Positions 1 through 9,421 of a stretch of 64,000 bases of DNA are shown in pieces. This DNA comes from Methanobacteriota archaeon (lineage in GTDB: Archaea > Thermoplasmatota > E2 > DHVEG-1). Within the stretch, counting starts at the first letter, position 1; the number at the start of each line of letters is the position of its first letter. The stretch lies in the NCBI GenBank assembly GCA_963769885.1, contig CAVYNH010000007.1, positions 192,001 through 256,000 of the forward strand, given 5' to 3'. The position numbers and the translations under genes were made by a program. The notes under the pieces are model-generated. The model did no database searches and was not told the DNA's origin. It worked only from the letters and a program-made list of their open reading frames with translations.

Positions 1-23
1 CCCTCATACCAGGGTGATGACGA

Positions 24-281
24 ATGCAGGCAGTGGATAAAAGACTCGACCAGATTTGCGACGGCTTAAACATGATCAGCGAAGACAGCGCTATCCCCAG
101 GAACATCCGCCGAGGCGCCGAAGAAGTCAAAGCACTCCTTCTCAAACTCGACAACCCCATCGACCTCCGAGTCGCCTCAGCGACCTCAAGACTCGACGAA
201 CTCGCCAACGACCCAAACATCCCGCTCCACGGTCGAACCCTGATCTGGAACATCATGAGCCGATTGGAGGAATTGGCGTAA
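24..281 (+). CDS. UPF0147 family protein
   Basis: 85 aa; IPRNIRR...LDELANDPNIPLHGRTLIW signature of the archaeal UPF0147 family. Confidence 0.85.
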   Translation: MQAVDKRLDQICDGLNMISEDSAIPRNIRRGAEEVKALLLKLDNPIDLRVASATSRLDELANDPNIPLHGRTLIWNIMSRLEELA

Positions 282-336
282 GACCCCTATTCTCACCACA
301 CCCATGAAATCGACACCCAAACCCTCTGGAGGAAGA

Positions 337-1209
337 ATGATTCGGATCGGCCAAGCAGGCATCCCCCTCTCCTGCAAAGGACGCACCAACAAAGACGGCA
401 TCGTCTACACCCACAAAAACCTCGACCTCAACGCCATCGAAATCCAATTCGTCCGCGGTCTCTACGTCATGCCCGAAGAAGAAGCCGACTTCATCAAAGA
501 CTACGCGATGAAAAACAACATCGAAATCCACGTCCACGCCCCCTACTACCTCAACCTCGCCGGCGACCAAGAAGAAGTCGACATGAGCTTCGACAAAATC
601 CTCAAATCCGCTCAAATGGCCCACAACATCGGCGCCAAAAACCTCGTCATCCACCCCGGCTTCTACGGCGACAACGGCGAACGACGCACCCTTAACCTCA
701 TCGTCAAAAACACCACCCGCGTCGTCGGACTTCTCAAAAAAGAAAAAATAAAAACCAAACTCGCCCTCGAAACCATGGGTAAACAAAAAGTCTTCGGTAG
801 CATCGACGAAATCATCAACGTCTGCAAACACGTCAAAGACATCGTCCCGGCCATCGACCTCGGCCACATCCACGCCCGCTGCAACGGCTGCCTCAAAGAA
901 CGCGAAGACTTCGACGTCCTCTTCGACAAACTCAAACCACTCCGCCTCCGCCATTACCTCATCCACATCACCGGCGTCCTCTACGAAAAAGGAAACGAAT
1001 ACTACCACCTCCCCATCAAAAAAGGAGATATGCCCCTCGCTCCCCTCATCGACCTCATCCTCGACAGAAAACTCAACGTCACCCTCATCTCTGAATCCCC
1101 CCTCCTTGAACACGACGCCGTCTACATCAAACTCCAAGTCGAAAAGGCGATTATGAAACGCACCGGAAAGGAAGTCGCCTACTACAAAGATCTCTCAGAG
1201 GTCCAATGA
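337..1209 (+). CDS. nfo: Endonuclease IV-like TIM-barrel protein (AP endonuclease family 2)
   Basis: HAPYYLNL, HPG, LETMGK, DLGH and H-x-T-G metal motifs; GGAGGA RBS before ATG 337. Confidence 0.8.
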   Translation: MIRIGQAGIPLSCKGRTNKDGIVYTHKNLDLNAIEIQFVRGLYVMPEEEADFIKDYAMKNNIEIHVHAPYYLNLAGDQEEVDMSFDKILKSAQMAHNIGAKNLVIHPGFYGDNGERRTLNLIVKNTTRVVGLLKKEKIKTKLALETMGKQKVFGSIDEIINVCKHVKDIVPAIDLGHIHARCNGCLKEREDFDVLFDKLKPLRLRHYLIHITGVLYEKGNEYYHLPIKKGDMPLAPLIDLILDRKLNVTLISESPLLEHDAVYIKLQVEKAIMKRTGKEVAYYKDLSEVQ

Positions 1210-1766
1210 CCCACCCCTACCAAGCCTCCCAACACTTCATCCAAGACGGCATCAGCCGCATCCTTCCCACGGTCAGCGAAAACGACGTCAACCAGCTCAT
1301 CACCGCCTTCTTCGAAGCAAAACGCATCTTCCTCTACGGCGCCGGCCGCTCCGGCCTCGTCGCCAGAGCCTTCGCCATCAGACTCGTCCACCTCGGCTTC
1401 CAAACCTTCGTCATCGGAGAAACTATCGGCGCCCCCGTCCAAAAAGACAACCTCGTCATCCTCATCTCCGGATCAGGAGAAACCATCCCCGCCGTCATGA
1501 CCGCCGACATCGCCCACGGAATTGGCGCCAAAGTCGTCGCCGTCACCGGCGAACCACGCTCAAAGATTACCACCAACGCAGACCTCACTCTCGTCCTCGC
1601 CCCCACCAAGGAAAGTCGCGAACGCAAACGATACGCCCCCCTCGGCACCCTCTTCGAAGCCAGCGCCTGGATCTTCCTCGACAGCATCATCGCCGAACTC
1701 ATGGACCGCAAAAAAGAAACCGAAGAATCCATGCGATCACGACACGCCACCCTCGACCTCCCCTAG
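1206..1766 (+). CDS. hxlB: 6-phospho-3-hexuloisomerase-like SIS domain protein
   Basis: GAGRSGLV, ISGSGET, APLGTLFE and C-terminal RHATL motifs. Confidence 0.8.
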   Translation: MTHPYQASQHFIQDGISRILPTVSENDVNQLITAFFEAKRIFLYGAGRSGLVARAFAIRLVHLGFQTFVIGETIGAPVQKDNLVILISGSGETIPAVMTADIAHGIGAKVVAVTGEPRSKITTNADLTLVLAPTKESRERKRYAPLGTLFEASAWIFLDSIIAELMDRKKETEESMRSRHATLDLP

Positions 1767-1854
1767 CACCGACACATCTCCCCCCTCACTCACTAGAGAT
1801 ATCTTTTTATAACGTATCTTCTTCTACCGCAGTAGGAGCCAGAAAGGTGATGTC

Positions 1855-3606
1855 ATGGCAATCCGCCAACCCATTGTCAGCGTTCTCGGCCACGTCGACC
1901 ACGGAAAAACCTCCTTCCTAGACTACATCAGAGGATCAACCGTCGCCGCCCGGGAATCCGGCGCCATCACCCAACACATCGGCGCCACCGAAGTCCCCAT
2001 CGACGCCATCTACCACCTCTGCGGCAACCTCCTCGGCGGAAAAAAATTCTCCCTCCCCGGCCTCCTCTTCATCGACACTCCCGGACATCACGCTTTCACC
2101 ACCCTCCGATCCCGCGGAGGATCACTCGCGGACCTCGCCGTCCTCGTCATCGACATCCAAGAAACCGTCATGCCCCAGACCCACGAGTCCATCAACATCC
2201 TCAAACAATACAAGACCCCCTTCATCATCGCCGCCAACAAAATCGACGCCATCTCCGGTTGGCAAAAAACCGACAACGTCGGCAAATCACGCATTGACGC
2301 CCAACGCCCCCAGACCAAACAAATCTTCGAAGATAAACTCTACGACATCATCGGCACCATCTACGACAAAGGATTCGACACAGACCTCTACTACAACATC
2401 GCCGACTTCACCAAAGCCATCCCCATCATCCCCATCTCCGCCAAAACCGGCGAAGGCATCCCTGAGATCCTCATGGTCCTCGTCGGCCTCGCCCAACGAT
2501 TCCTCGAAGGCCGACTCGCCGTCGAAACCGGACCGGGAAAAGGCACCGTCCTCGAAGTCAAAGAAGACGTCGGCCTCGGCACGACCATCGACGCCATCAT
2601 CTACGCCGGCACCATCCACAAAGAAGACGAAATCGTCATCGGAACCCAATCCGAGCCAGTCGTCACCCGAATCAAGGCACTCCTCAAACCAAAACCACTC
2701 GATGAAATCCGCGACCCTCGAGAACGCTTCGATAGCGTCAAACAAGTTTCAGCCGCCGCAGGAATCAAGATCTCTGCACCTAACCTCGCCAACGTCGTCC
2801 CCGGCGCCCCCCTCCGAGTCATCGGTGGAGACCGACAAGCGATCATTGACGAAATACGACTCCAGTCCAAGGTCAACATCGAGCTCGACAAAGAAGGCAT
2901 CGTCATAAAGGCAGACACCATCGGATCCCTCGAAGCGCTTGTCAAAGAAGCTCGAGAACAAAAAGGAATCAAAATCAGGCACGTCGACATCGGAAACGTC
3001 TCCAAAAGAGATATTGTGGACACCGCCGCGGTCACCAACCCCCTCGACCGGGTCATCTTCGCCTTCAACGTCAAAGTCCTCCCAGAAGCCAAAGAAGAAC
3101 AAACGACGGCCAATGTCACTGTCTTCAATGAGGACGTCATCTACACGATCATGGAGGATTACGATGAATGGTACGAGAAGACGAAAGCCGAGATGGAACG
3201 GAAGCGCCGTGAAGACTACATCCATCCCGGAATGGTCAAGTTCCTCCCCCAGTACATCTTCCGTGCCAATAACCCTGCCATTATCGGCATCCGGGTGCTG
3301 GCCGGACGCATCAAGGTCGACACGCGCCTTATGAAGGAGGATGGGAAAGTTGTCGGCACCATCCGGGGGATTCAATCCCAGAACAAACCCGTCGAGGAGG
3401 CAATCCAAGGCGACGAGGTCGCCATCTCCATCGATGGACCCACCGTCGGCAGGCAGATTAAAGGCGACGACATCTTCTTCACCGTTATCCCGGAAGGCGA
3501 TGCCAAGAAGCTCCAGGAGCTCGACGTACTCAACGCTGATGAAAAAGACGTGCTTACAAAAATCATCGACATCAACAGGAAGCAGAACAAGTTCTGGGGC
3601 ATGTAA
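1855..3606 (+). CDS. infB: Translation initiation factor aIF5B (IF-2)
   Basis: IRQPIVSVLGHVDHGKT, ITQHIGA, DTPGH, NKID; ends in FWGM; GGTGA RBS. Confidence 0.97.
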   Translation: MAIRQPIVSVLGHVDHGKTSFLDYIRGSTVAARESGAITQHIGATEVPIDAIYHLCGNLLGGKKFSLPGLLFIDTPGHHAFTTLRSRGGSLADLAVLVIDIQETVMPQTHESINILKQYKTPFIIAANKIDAISGWQKTDNVGKSRIDAQRPQTKQIFEDKLYDIIGTIYDKGFDTDLYYNIADFTKAIPIIPISAKTGEGIPEILMVLVGLAQRFLEGRLAVETGPGKGTVLEVKEDVGLGTTIDAIIYAGTIHKEDEIVIGTQSEPVVTRIKALLKPKPLDEIRDPRERFDSVKQVSAAAGIKISAPNLANVVPGAPLRVIGGDRQAIIDEIRLQSKVNIELDKEGIVIKADTIGSLEALVKEAREQKGIKIRHVDIGNVSKRDIVDTAAVTNPLDRVIFAFNVKVLPEAKEEQTTANVTVFNEDVIYTIMEDYDEWYEKTKAEMERKRREDYIHPGMVKFLPQYIFRANNPAIIGIRVLAGRIKVDTRLMKEDGKVVGTIRGIQSQNKPVEEAIQGDEVAISIDGPTVGRQIKGDDIFFTVIPEGDAKKLQELDVLNADEKDVLTKIIDINRKQNKFWGM

Positions 3607-3666
3607 CAACAATTCTAACTATCAAAAAGGGGAAAAAAGAGGAAAAAAGAAGTAAGAGCGTATTTT

Positions 3667-4077
3667 TTACACTTCTTTTCCGATGTCGTAGATTGCCTTT
3701 ATCGCCAATATACCGGCGGCCGGGGCAATGAATATCGACAAGGTCAGCGAGACTCCAGCGAATAATGGGCCAAGCCAATATCCAATGGTATGGCTAAGAT
3801 TCTGGAACACGCCGTACATGACAAGCAGTGCGATGCTTGCCGTCAGGAACGCTGGGACTTCCGCTTTGGTGATTGTCCCTTTTCCCAGGAAAGCCAGGAT
3901 GCCTACTATCGCGCCAATCACTGCAAGCACCCAGGCGACCATAGATCCGGAATCGGTCGCCATGAAATTGTCTCCGTTCTGTATCGTGTACGCTTGGTAC
4001 AATCCCACGAGTAGGGCGATGATGGTGCCTATGATGAATGCCCATATTGCTAGCTTTCCTACAATTTTGTTTTCCAT
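3667..4077 (-). CDS. Hypothetical four-TM membrane protein
   Basis: Four hydrophobic segments; GAGGAG RBS upstream of ATG 4077. Confidence 0.7.
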   Translation of the reverse strand: MENKIVGKLAIWAFIIGTIIALLVGLYQAYTIQNGDNFMATDSGSMVAWVLAVIGAIVGILAFLGKGTITKAEVPAFLTASIALLVMYGVFQNLSHTIGYWLGPLFAGVSLTLSIFIAPAAGILAIKAIYDIGKEV

Positions 4078-4189
4078 AGCTTTGACTCTCCTCAACTATT
4101 CTTGGAGTTATCCGGCTCAATATTGAAGTCTTCTATTTAAGAGTTCCTCTTTTTTCAGACCAGGAGGCGTTATCCTAGGAGAAACCGTA

Positions 4190-4651
4190 TCACCGTTCTT
4201 CCGTCAACCATGCTTCATCAATGCGGGTATAGGAGGCGAGTTCCTCTTCGGAGAACCACAAGTCGATCTCTTTCTGCGCATTCTCAAGGCTGTCTGAGCC
4301 GTGGACGATGTTGCGGCCGATGAACTGCCCGAAATCCCCCCGAATCGTGCCCATCTCCGCTTTCTGAGGATCAGTCTTGCCCATCATATTGCGGGCCATC
4401 TCGACGGCGTTGAAGCCTTCCAGGACCATGGCGACGACCGGAGATGATGTGATATAGGCGACGGTCGGCTCAAAGAAGGGTTTCCCATGGTGGACACCGT
4501 AATGTTGTTCAGCTAAGGTTCGATCGACTGCGACTAGTTTCATGGCAACAATCTTGAGTCCTTTCCGTTCGAATCGGGTGATAATTTCGCCGACGAGGCC
4601 TCGTTGTACCCCATCGGGTTTGACCATGACGAATGTACGCTGCGTGGACAT
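4190..4651 (-). CDS. ndk: Nucleoside diphosphate kinase
   Basis: [22 protein letters not shown] and NIVHGSDS (catalytic His). Confidence 0.97.
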   Translation of the reverse strand: MSTQRTFVMVKPDGVQRGLVGEIITRFERKGLKIVAMKLVAVDRTLAEQHYGVHHGKPFFEPTVAYITSSPVVAMVLEGFNAVEMARNMMGKTDPQKAEMGTIRGDFGQFIGRNIVHGSDSLENAQKEIDLWFSEEELASYTRIDEAWLTEER

Positions 4652-4700
4652 CGGTGACACCTACAGGTAGGCATCGTGCCCTGGCTTATGAAACTAACGT

Positions 4701-5450
4701 TTAGATGCCGATGGATTTCCCGAAGAAAAACAGGGTGATACTCGTCACATTAACGAGGATATGAGCGAGGATGGAGGAGTAGAGGTTCTTCGTTCTGATG
4801 ACAACGACGGCGAAGACGAGGCCAAGCATGGTAGCCATCACCGCGGTATAAAACATCCCATATGAGAGGTGGGCGATGCCGAAGAGAACGGCTGAGGATA
4901 CGACTCCGACCCAGGGTCTAGACAACGCGGAGATTTTTTCGAGGAGAAACCCTCGGAAGAAGATCTCTTCGGCTATCGGTTGGACGGTGATGAGGACAAC
5001 GAGTGTTGGAATGGAGAAGAGCTGTTCGAGCTGTGGGATGTTGCTCATCTTTGTGACGTCAACGCCAAATTGCAGGATGACGAGATCGAGGGCTACAGAA
5101 ATGACGAAGGCGGTGACGGCGGCGATAAAACCCCAGAGCAGGGCGTTTCCGAGACCTTCTCGGCGAAGGCCGAGCCGTTGGAATGTTTCCCGCAATCGGA
5201 GGTTGTTGACGAGGATATACCAGATGATGGGGATGACGACCATGAGGATGACGACGAAGAGTAAGGAAAATAGGAGAACGTAGACCTCAATGATGGTCTT
5301 TATGACTCCTGAATAATTGCTGCCTATCCCGTTTGAAGTTGGGAAGGGTTGGAAGTACGCTATCGCCGCATAGACAATGAGCAGGAAGAATGAGATTGCC
5401 ATGAGGAACAATGCGAGTATATGCTTTGGCTTACGGAAGTCAAAGTCCAT
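4701..5450 (-). CDS. CPBP (CAAX/Abi) family intramembrane metalloprotease
   Basis: EEIFFRG, FGIAH and AHILVN motifs; multiple TM helices. Confidence 0.9.
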   Translation of the reverse strand: MDFDFRKPKHILALFLMAISFFLLIVYAAIAYFQPFPTSNGIGSNYSGVIKTIIEVYVLLFSLLFVVILMVVIPIIWYILVNNLRLRETFQRLGLRREGLGNALLWGFIAAVTAFVISVALDLVILQFGVDVTKMSNIPQLEQLFSIPTLVVLITVQPIAEEIFFRGFLLEKISALSRPWVGVVSSAVLFGIAHLSYGMFYTAVMATMLGLVFAVVVIRTKNLYSSILAHILVNVTSITLFFFGKSIGI

Positions 5451-5561
5451 AGGCGGCTATCAACAGGCGAAGGCTAAATAAAGATTGTTACCAGGCTTCC
5501 TAAAGACTCATTAGACAGCTAGAAAATGGAATAATTTGTAAAGAAAAAAGGTGAAGCTGTT

Positions 5562-7760
5562 CTATGGTCCTGTCCAGAGTGCCAAGACATCTCCACCGCA
5601 ATCGGGGGTTTCTGCCTTCTTTGAAAGGTCTGATGGCTGTAGCTGCCAGACTCGATTCGTCGCCCCACCAATGTACAAATACACACCATCATAGCTGATC
5701 TCATCGATGGCACCACCATAATTGCTACTCTCTCCGACTTTCGTGAGATTCGTTGGCCAATACTTGAACACCTTCTGAGTGTTATGACCGCCCGCATAGA
5801 GATACGTGCCGTCGAAGCACAGGGTGTAGATGGTGCCTCCATATGGGGCGCTGTTGATTTCGGCTAAGTCAGATGCTCGATACTGTAACACCACCCCTCC
5901 CTGGTAGGGGCTGGTGGATCCAACGAATATGCTTGAACCTACCGCCAAGACGCTCCAAAAACGACCACCATCAACGTTAGCCACATGCCGCACGGTCATG
6001 TTCGAAGTCCAGAATTGGTAGATATAGCCATACCCCCAATCAAGCCCTCCGACAGCATACAGATAGCCTCCCTGGCAGCTCAAACCGCAGACGCCGTTAT
6101 CCGGCAGAACAATGCTTTCTTGTTTTTTCGTCAGGTTCGATGCCCAGAATTGAGCGACCCTATTGACAGAGGGCCAACCGCCAGCGTAGACATATGTTCC
6201 GTCACAGGCGAGGTCACTTACGATGCCCCAATTAGCGCTTACCGTTCTTATCGTAAGGTTTGACGGCCAGAGCTGCCAGATAGCCCCCTGGTTTCCGGCG
6301 GTATACAAATATTGGCCATCGCTGATAACATCGTTCAGTTTGGTCCCGTAGTTTCCACTCTCCAAATTCTTAGTGAGATCCTCCTTAGAATAGCGGGCTA
6401 TGGTTTGTGACTCCCCACCCACATATAAGTACGGATCGATTCCTTCCTTGATGACTGTGAAAGTGAAAACCTGATGGTTCGGATTGGTTCCATCAGTCGC
6501 ATTCAGATACCACGTGTATGTCGTGTCGTATTGAAGTAAGCTTGTTTGGATGGGAACACTGTACCGTCCATTACTGACGTGAGTGCCACTTCCCGAACCT
6601 ATTGCAGGATTCGTCTGTAATGTCCAGTCAATCGGATCATTTTGATGGTCATGAAGTGTAAAATTCAGGCTTGAGAGTGTAATCGGGACATAATACGCAC
6701 CGTTGATTGGAGCTGGATCGAGGATCTGAGGAGCGAAATATTCGGTGGTGAATGTGAAGGTCTTCGTGACTAAGTCTTTGGTATCGCTGACCTGGACCGC
6801 CCAGCTATATGTCGTCGAACTTTGGAGGCCGCTGATTGGGATTGTGTAGGTCCCATCGAGTTTCAGGTTGCCGTTCCCGCCGCCGACGTCCGGGGAGGTG
6901 GTGACGCTGTAGCTCATCCGGTCGCCGTCTGCGTCTTGGATGTGGAATTGGAGTTGGGTAGTGGTGATAGGGACGTAGGTTGCGCCGTTGAGGGGGTAGA
7001 CGGCAGAGATTTCAGGGGGGTTGTTGGGCGGCCATTGTTCGATGTAGTCTGCGGTGACTTTGGTGTAAGCCGCATATCCTATGAGGCCGTAGCCGCAGAG
7101 GGGCGGGAGGAACACGCTGAAGCCGATGCCCCAGAAGCCGAGGGCGAGGCCCTGCTGGCTTCCCTCAGCGATGAACCCGGTCCGGGAGACAAGGCCGCCG
7201 ACTGAGGTGATCCCGTATGAGGTCTTCCATCCGACGAACAGGCGGGGGATCGGGAGTTGGATAATAGGGATGAGCCTGGGGAGGATGATGATGGGGAAGG
7301 CGCTGCCGGACCCGGAGGTGGCGAAGTTACAGAGAAACTCTCGGTCGGTCGTCCCATAGGGGAGAAGCGAGGCGTGGGCTGCGGCGTGGGCGGCGAGGTG
7401 TTCGCCGTATTGCTGGAGCTGGGTGTGGACCTCGGTCGCGGTCATGCCTTTGGGGAGGAGGCCGAAGGCCTCCGCCTTAGCAAGGAGTTGCTGTTGGAGG
7501 GCTTGGGTTTTGGTGGATTGGGGATTGTCTGCGGTCGCCTTTGTATACTTGGTGAGAAGGGTCTGGAAATCTTGGGCGGCCTGCATTGTGACAGTGACGG
7601 TTTTTGGTGTACCACCGAAATAGCAGGTGATCTTCGTCACTTCGTTTTTCTCTTGCTCTATGGTGTTTGAGGCTTGGTGCGATATCCAGGAGGCTGGTAC
7701 AGTGGAGCTGGTCAATATGAGAATAATAATAACGATTGAGAGGAGTATCTTGTTTTTCAT
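5562..7760 (-). CDS. Secreted modular protein: signal peptide, N-terminal domain, two tandem Ig/FN3-like modules, C-terminal beta-propeller
   Basis: MKNKILLSIV signal peptide; duplicated P.NGA.YVPIT...TTY.W....D module; ~40-aa DG.YLY.GG repeats. Confidence 0.75.
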   Translation of the reverse strand: MKNKILLSIVIIILILTSSTVPASWISHQASNTIEQEKNEVTKITCYFGGTPKTVTVTMQAAQDFQTLLTKYTKATADNPQSTKTQALQQQLLAKAEAFGLLPKGMTATEVHTQLQQYGEHLAAHAAAHASLLPYGTTDREFLCNFATSGSGSAFPIIILPRLIPIIQLPIPRLFVGWKTSYGITSVGGLVSRTGFIAEGSQQGLALGFWGIGFSVFLPPLCGYGLIGYAAYTKVTADYIEQWPPNNPPEISAVYPLNGATYVPITTTQLQFHIQDADGDRMSYSVTTSPDVGGGNGNLKLDGTYTIPISGLQSSTTYSWAVQVSDTKDLVTKTFTFTTEYFAPQILDPAPINGAYYVPITLSSLNFTLHDHQNDPIDWTLQTNPAIGSGSGTHVSNGRYSVPIQTSLLQYDTTYTWYLNATDGTNPNHQVFTFTVIKEGIDPYLYVGGESQTIARYSKEDLTKNLESGNYGTKLNDVISDGQYLYTAGNQGAIWQLWPSNLTIRTVSANWGIVSDLACDGTYVYAGGWPSVNRVAQFWASNLTKKQESIVLPDNGVCGLSCQGGYLYAVGGLDWGYGYIYQFWTSNMTVRHVANVDGGRFWSVLAVGSSIFVGSTSPYQGGVVLQYRASDLAEINSAPYGGTIYTLCFDGTYLYAGGHNTQKVFKYWPTNLTKVGESSNYGGAIDEISYDGVYLYIGGATNRVWQLQPSDLSKKAETPDCGGDVLALWTGP

Positions 7761-8080
7761 ATGCTCGTCCTTCCTTTAACCCCGTAAATAAGAAGAATAT
7801 TCTCGTATTTATTTCTTTCCAAATGCTCAGATAAAGAACGGCGTGGAAACCCTTTGTGGAGGATGTCACGCTCTATATTCTTTTTACAATTTTTTAGTTT
7901 TTTTCTGATTCAATACGAGTTTACTCTTTCAATTGTGTGGAGGCAGTCTGGCGGTAACATGAAATTGGATCAGGGCTTTTCTTTTATACCCATAGTCGGA
8001 ATCTGTAATGATTTGTTTACAGATTTGATACCCGAATAAGTATTTTTAAATATCCCATGTCCGTTCACCCTTTCACTCCT

Positions 8081-8155
8081 GGGCCTGTAGGGTAGCTTGG
8101 TCCATCCTTTTAGCTTTGGGAGCTAGAGACTCCAGTTCAAATCTGGACAGGCCCA
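8081..8155 (+). tRNA. tRNA-Pro (anticodon TGG)
   Basis: Acceptor stem GGGCCTG/CAGGCCC+A; anticodon arm TTAGC-TTTGGGA-GCTAG; T-arm TCCAG-TTCAAAT-CTGGA; TTTTTAAA TATA box at ~8043-8050. Confidence 0.95.
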
Positions 8156-9256
8156 CTCCTTTTTCTCGGAGGGATTCTCCGAGACACCCCCGTTTTCTAT
8201 ACAAGTGTCTCTTTTCCCATCAGGCTTTCCCCCAACCAATGCTAGTGGTTGTCTGAGGGCCTGATGGAACAAATCCCGCCGTTTCCCCTTGACTTGGTTC
8301 TCTATTTCCTGTGAGAGAAAAACGTAGTGGTCTACGTTCTGGGTCTTCACGTGTCCGAGGCTGAGAGCAACCTTCTTGATGTCTTTCGTGCGGTCGTACA
8401 GGTAGGTCGCGTAGGTATGCCGCATGTCGTAGAGGATCGTGTCGTGGTCCTGCATGGTTTCCTTGAACACCGGCGCGATATGCCGTCTGAGGTACGCCCC
8501 GGTCACCCGCCGTCCGTTCGGCTCTAGGAACAGGGCGTTGCCGCTTCTTGCGTCGTCGTAGGCCAGGGGCCGCCATGTGTCCCGGTAATTCTTCGGAGTC
8601 CGGTAGACCCTGCTGGACAGCACCACGGGGTCCCAGGGGTAGACACGGCGGTTTTTCCCGTGTTTCTTATCCTCGGTCAATATGACGTACCCGGTCCCAT
8701 CCGGGTTAATCACCAAGTCGTTTACATCAAGGTTGCATATCTCAGATGGGGGCCGTGGCCCATAGTTGAATCCGAAGAACACGACGCTCTGGAGGAGCGC
8801 ATTCTCATAGGGGTCCGTGCTGTACTCTGCATGGTAGAGCCGGTTGACGATCGACGGCAGCGGGATCACGACGTCTCTATGGGCTTCTGAGGCTCGAATG
8901 CGGGGTGTTTTCACGTATTTATCCCAGTCTTCGGTGTACTGCCTGAATGCCTTCAGGAACATCAACACCGCTTTTTTCTCGTGGTACAACGCGTTCGGTG
9001 ACGCGCCCTCGTGTTCAATCCGGTAGTCCATGTGCCGCAGGAAATCCTCGGGCTTGAGGTCTCGGAAGTTGATGGGGCAGACATGGGTTTCCATCATCCG
9101 GGCGTACCGCAGATGCTTCTCGATGGTCGATAGTCCGAGTTCTTGGCGTACATGCGCGTGGACGGCGACGTCGTTGAAGGTCGCTGTCCGTGGGTCTAGG
9201 AAATAGGGGACGTCAGTTCGCCTGATATTGGTGAGTAGGCTTTGCAGGTCCTCCAT
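8123..9256 (-). CDS. int: Tyrosine recombinase/integrase
   Basis: GPRPPSEICNL (R), YDMRHTYAT (YxxR), LGH and DHY (catalytic Tyr); stop codon lies inside the tRNA; probable start ATG 9256 after GGGGA (ORF open to 9409). Confidence 0.92.
   Translation of the reverse strand: MEDLQSLLTNIRRTDVPYFLDPRTATFNDVAVHAHVRQELGLSTIEKHLRYARMMETHVCPINFRDLKPEDFLRHMDYRIEHEGASPNALYHEKKAVLMFLKAFRQYTEDWDKYVKTPRIRASEAHRDVVIPLPSIVNRLYHAEYSTDPYENALLQSVVFFGFNYGPRPPSEICNLDVNDLVINPDGTGYVILTEDKKHGKNRRVYPWDPVVLSSRVYRTPKNYRDTWRPLAYDDARSGNALFLEPNGRRVTGAYLRRHIAPVFKETMQDHDTILYDMRHTYATYLYDRTKDIKKVALSLGHVKTQNVDHYVFLSQEIENQVKGKRRDLFHQALRQPLALVGGKPDGKRDTCIENGGVSENPSEKKEWACPDLNWSL
8144..8155 (+). repeat. att core (attL), 3' end of tRNA-Pro
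   Basis: TGGACAGGCCCA, identical to 16529-16540. Confidence 0.85.
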
Positions 9257-9421
9257 GAGTTCCCCGGGTGGGGGTAATGTCGGGTCCAGTAGAGAGTGGC
9301 CTATCTGTCCTAAATTCTCGCAACTTTTTACACCTCCTCGCAGGTCAAACGATCTGCAAGGGTGTGAATCCTTTGAATCTATTTTAGGGTTTTCGTCGCT
9401 GGGTTTCAATTCTTCTGTACC

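Noticed and set aside
1855-4651. infB and ndk adjacent but convergent, without the ribosomal protein genes that often accompany them
   Set aside because: Ordinary rearrangement of a loosely conserved gene cluster; no sign of a novel system.
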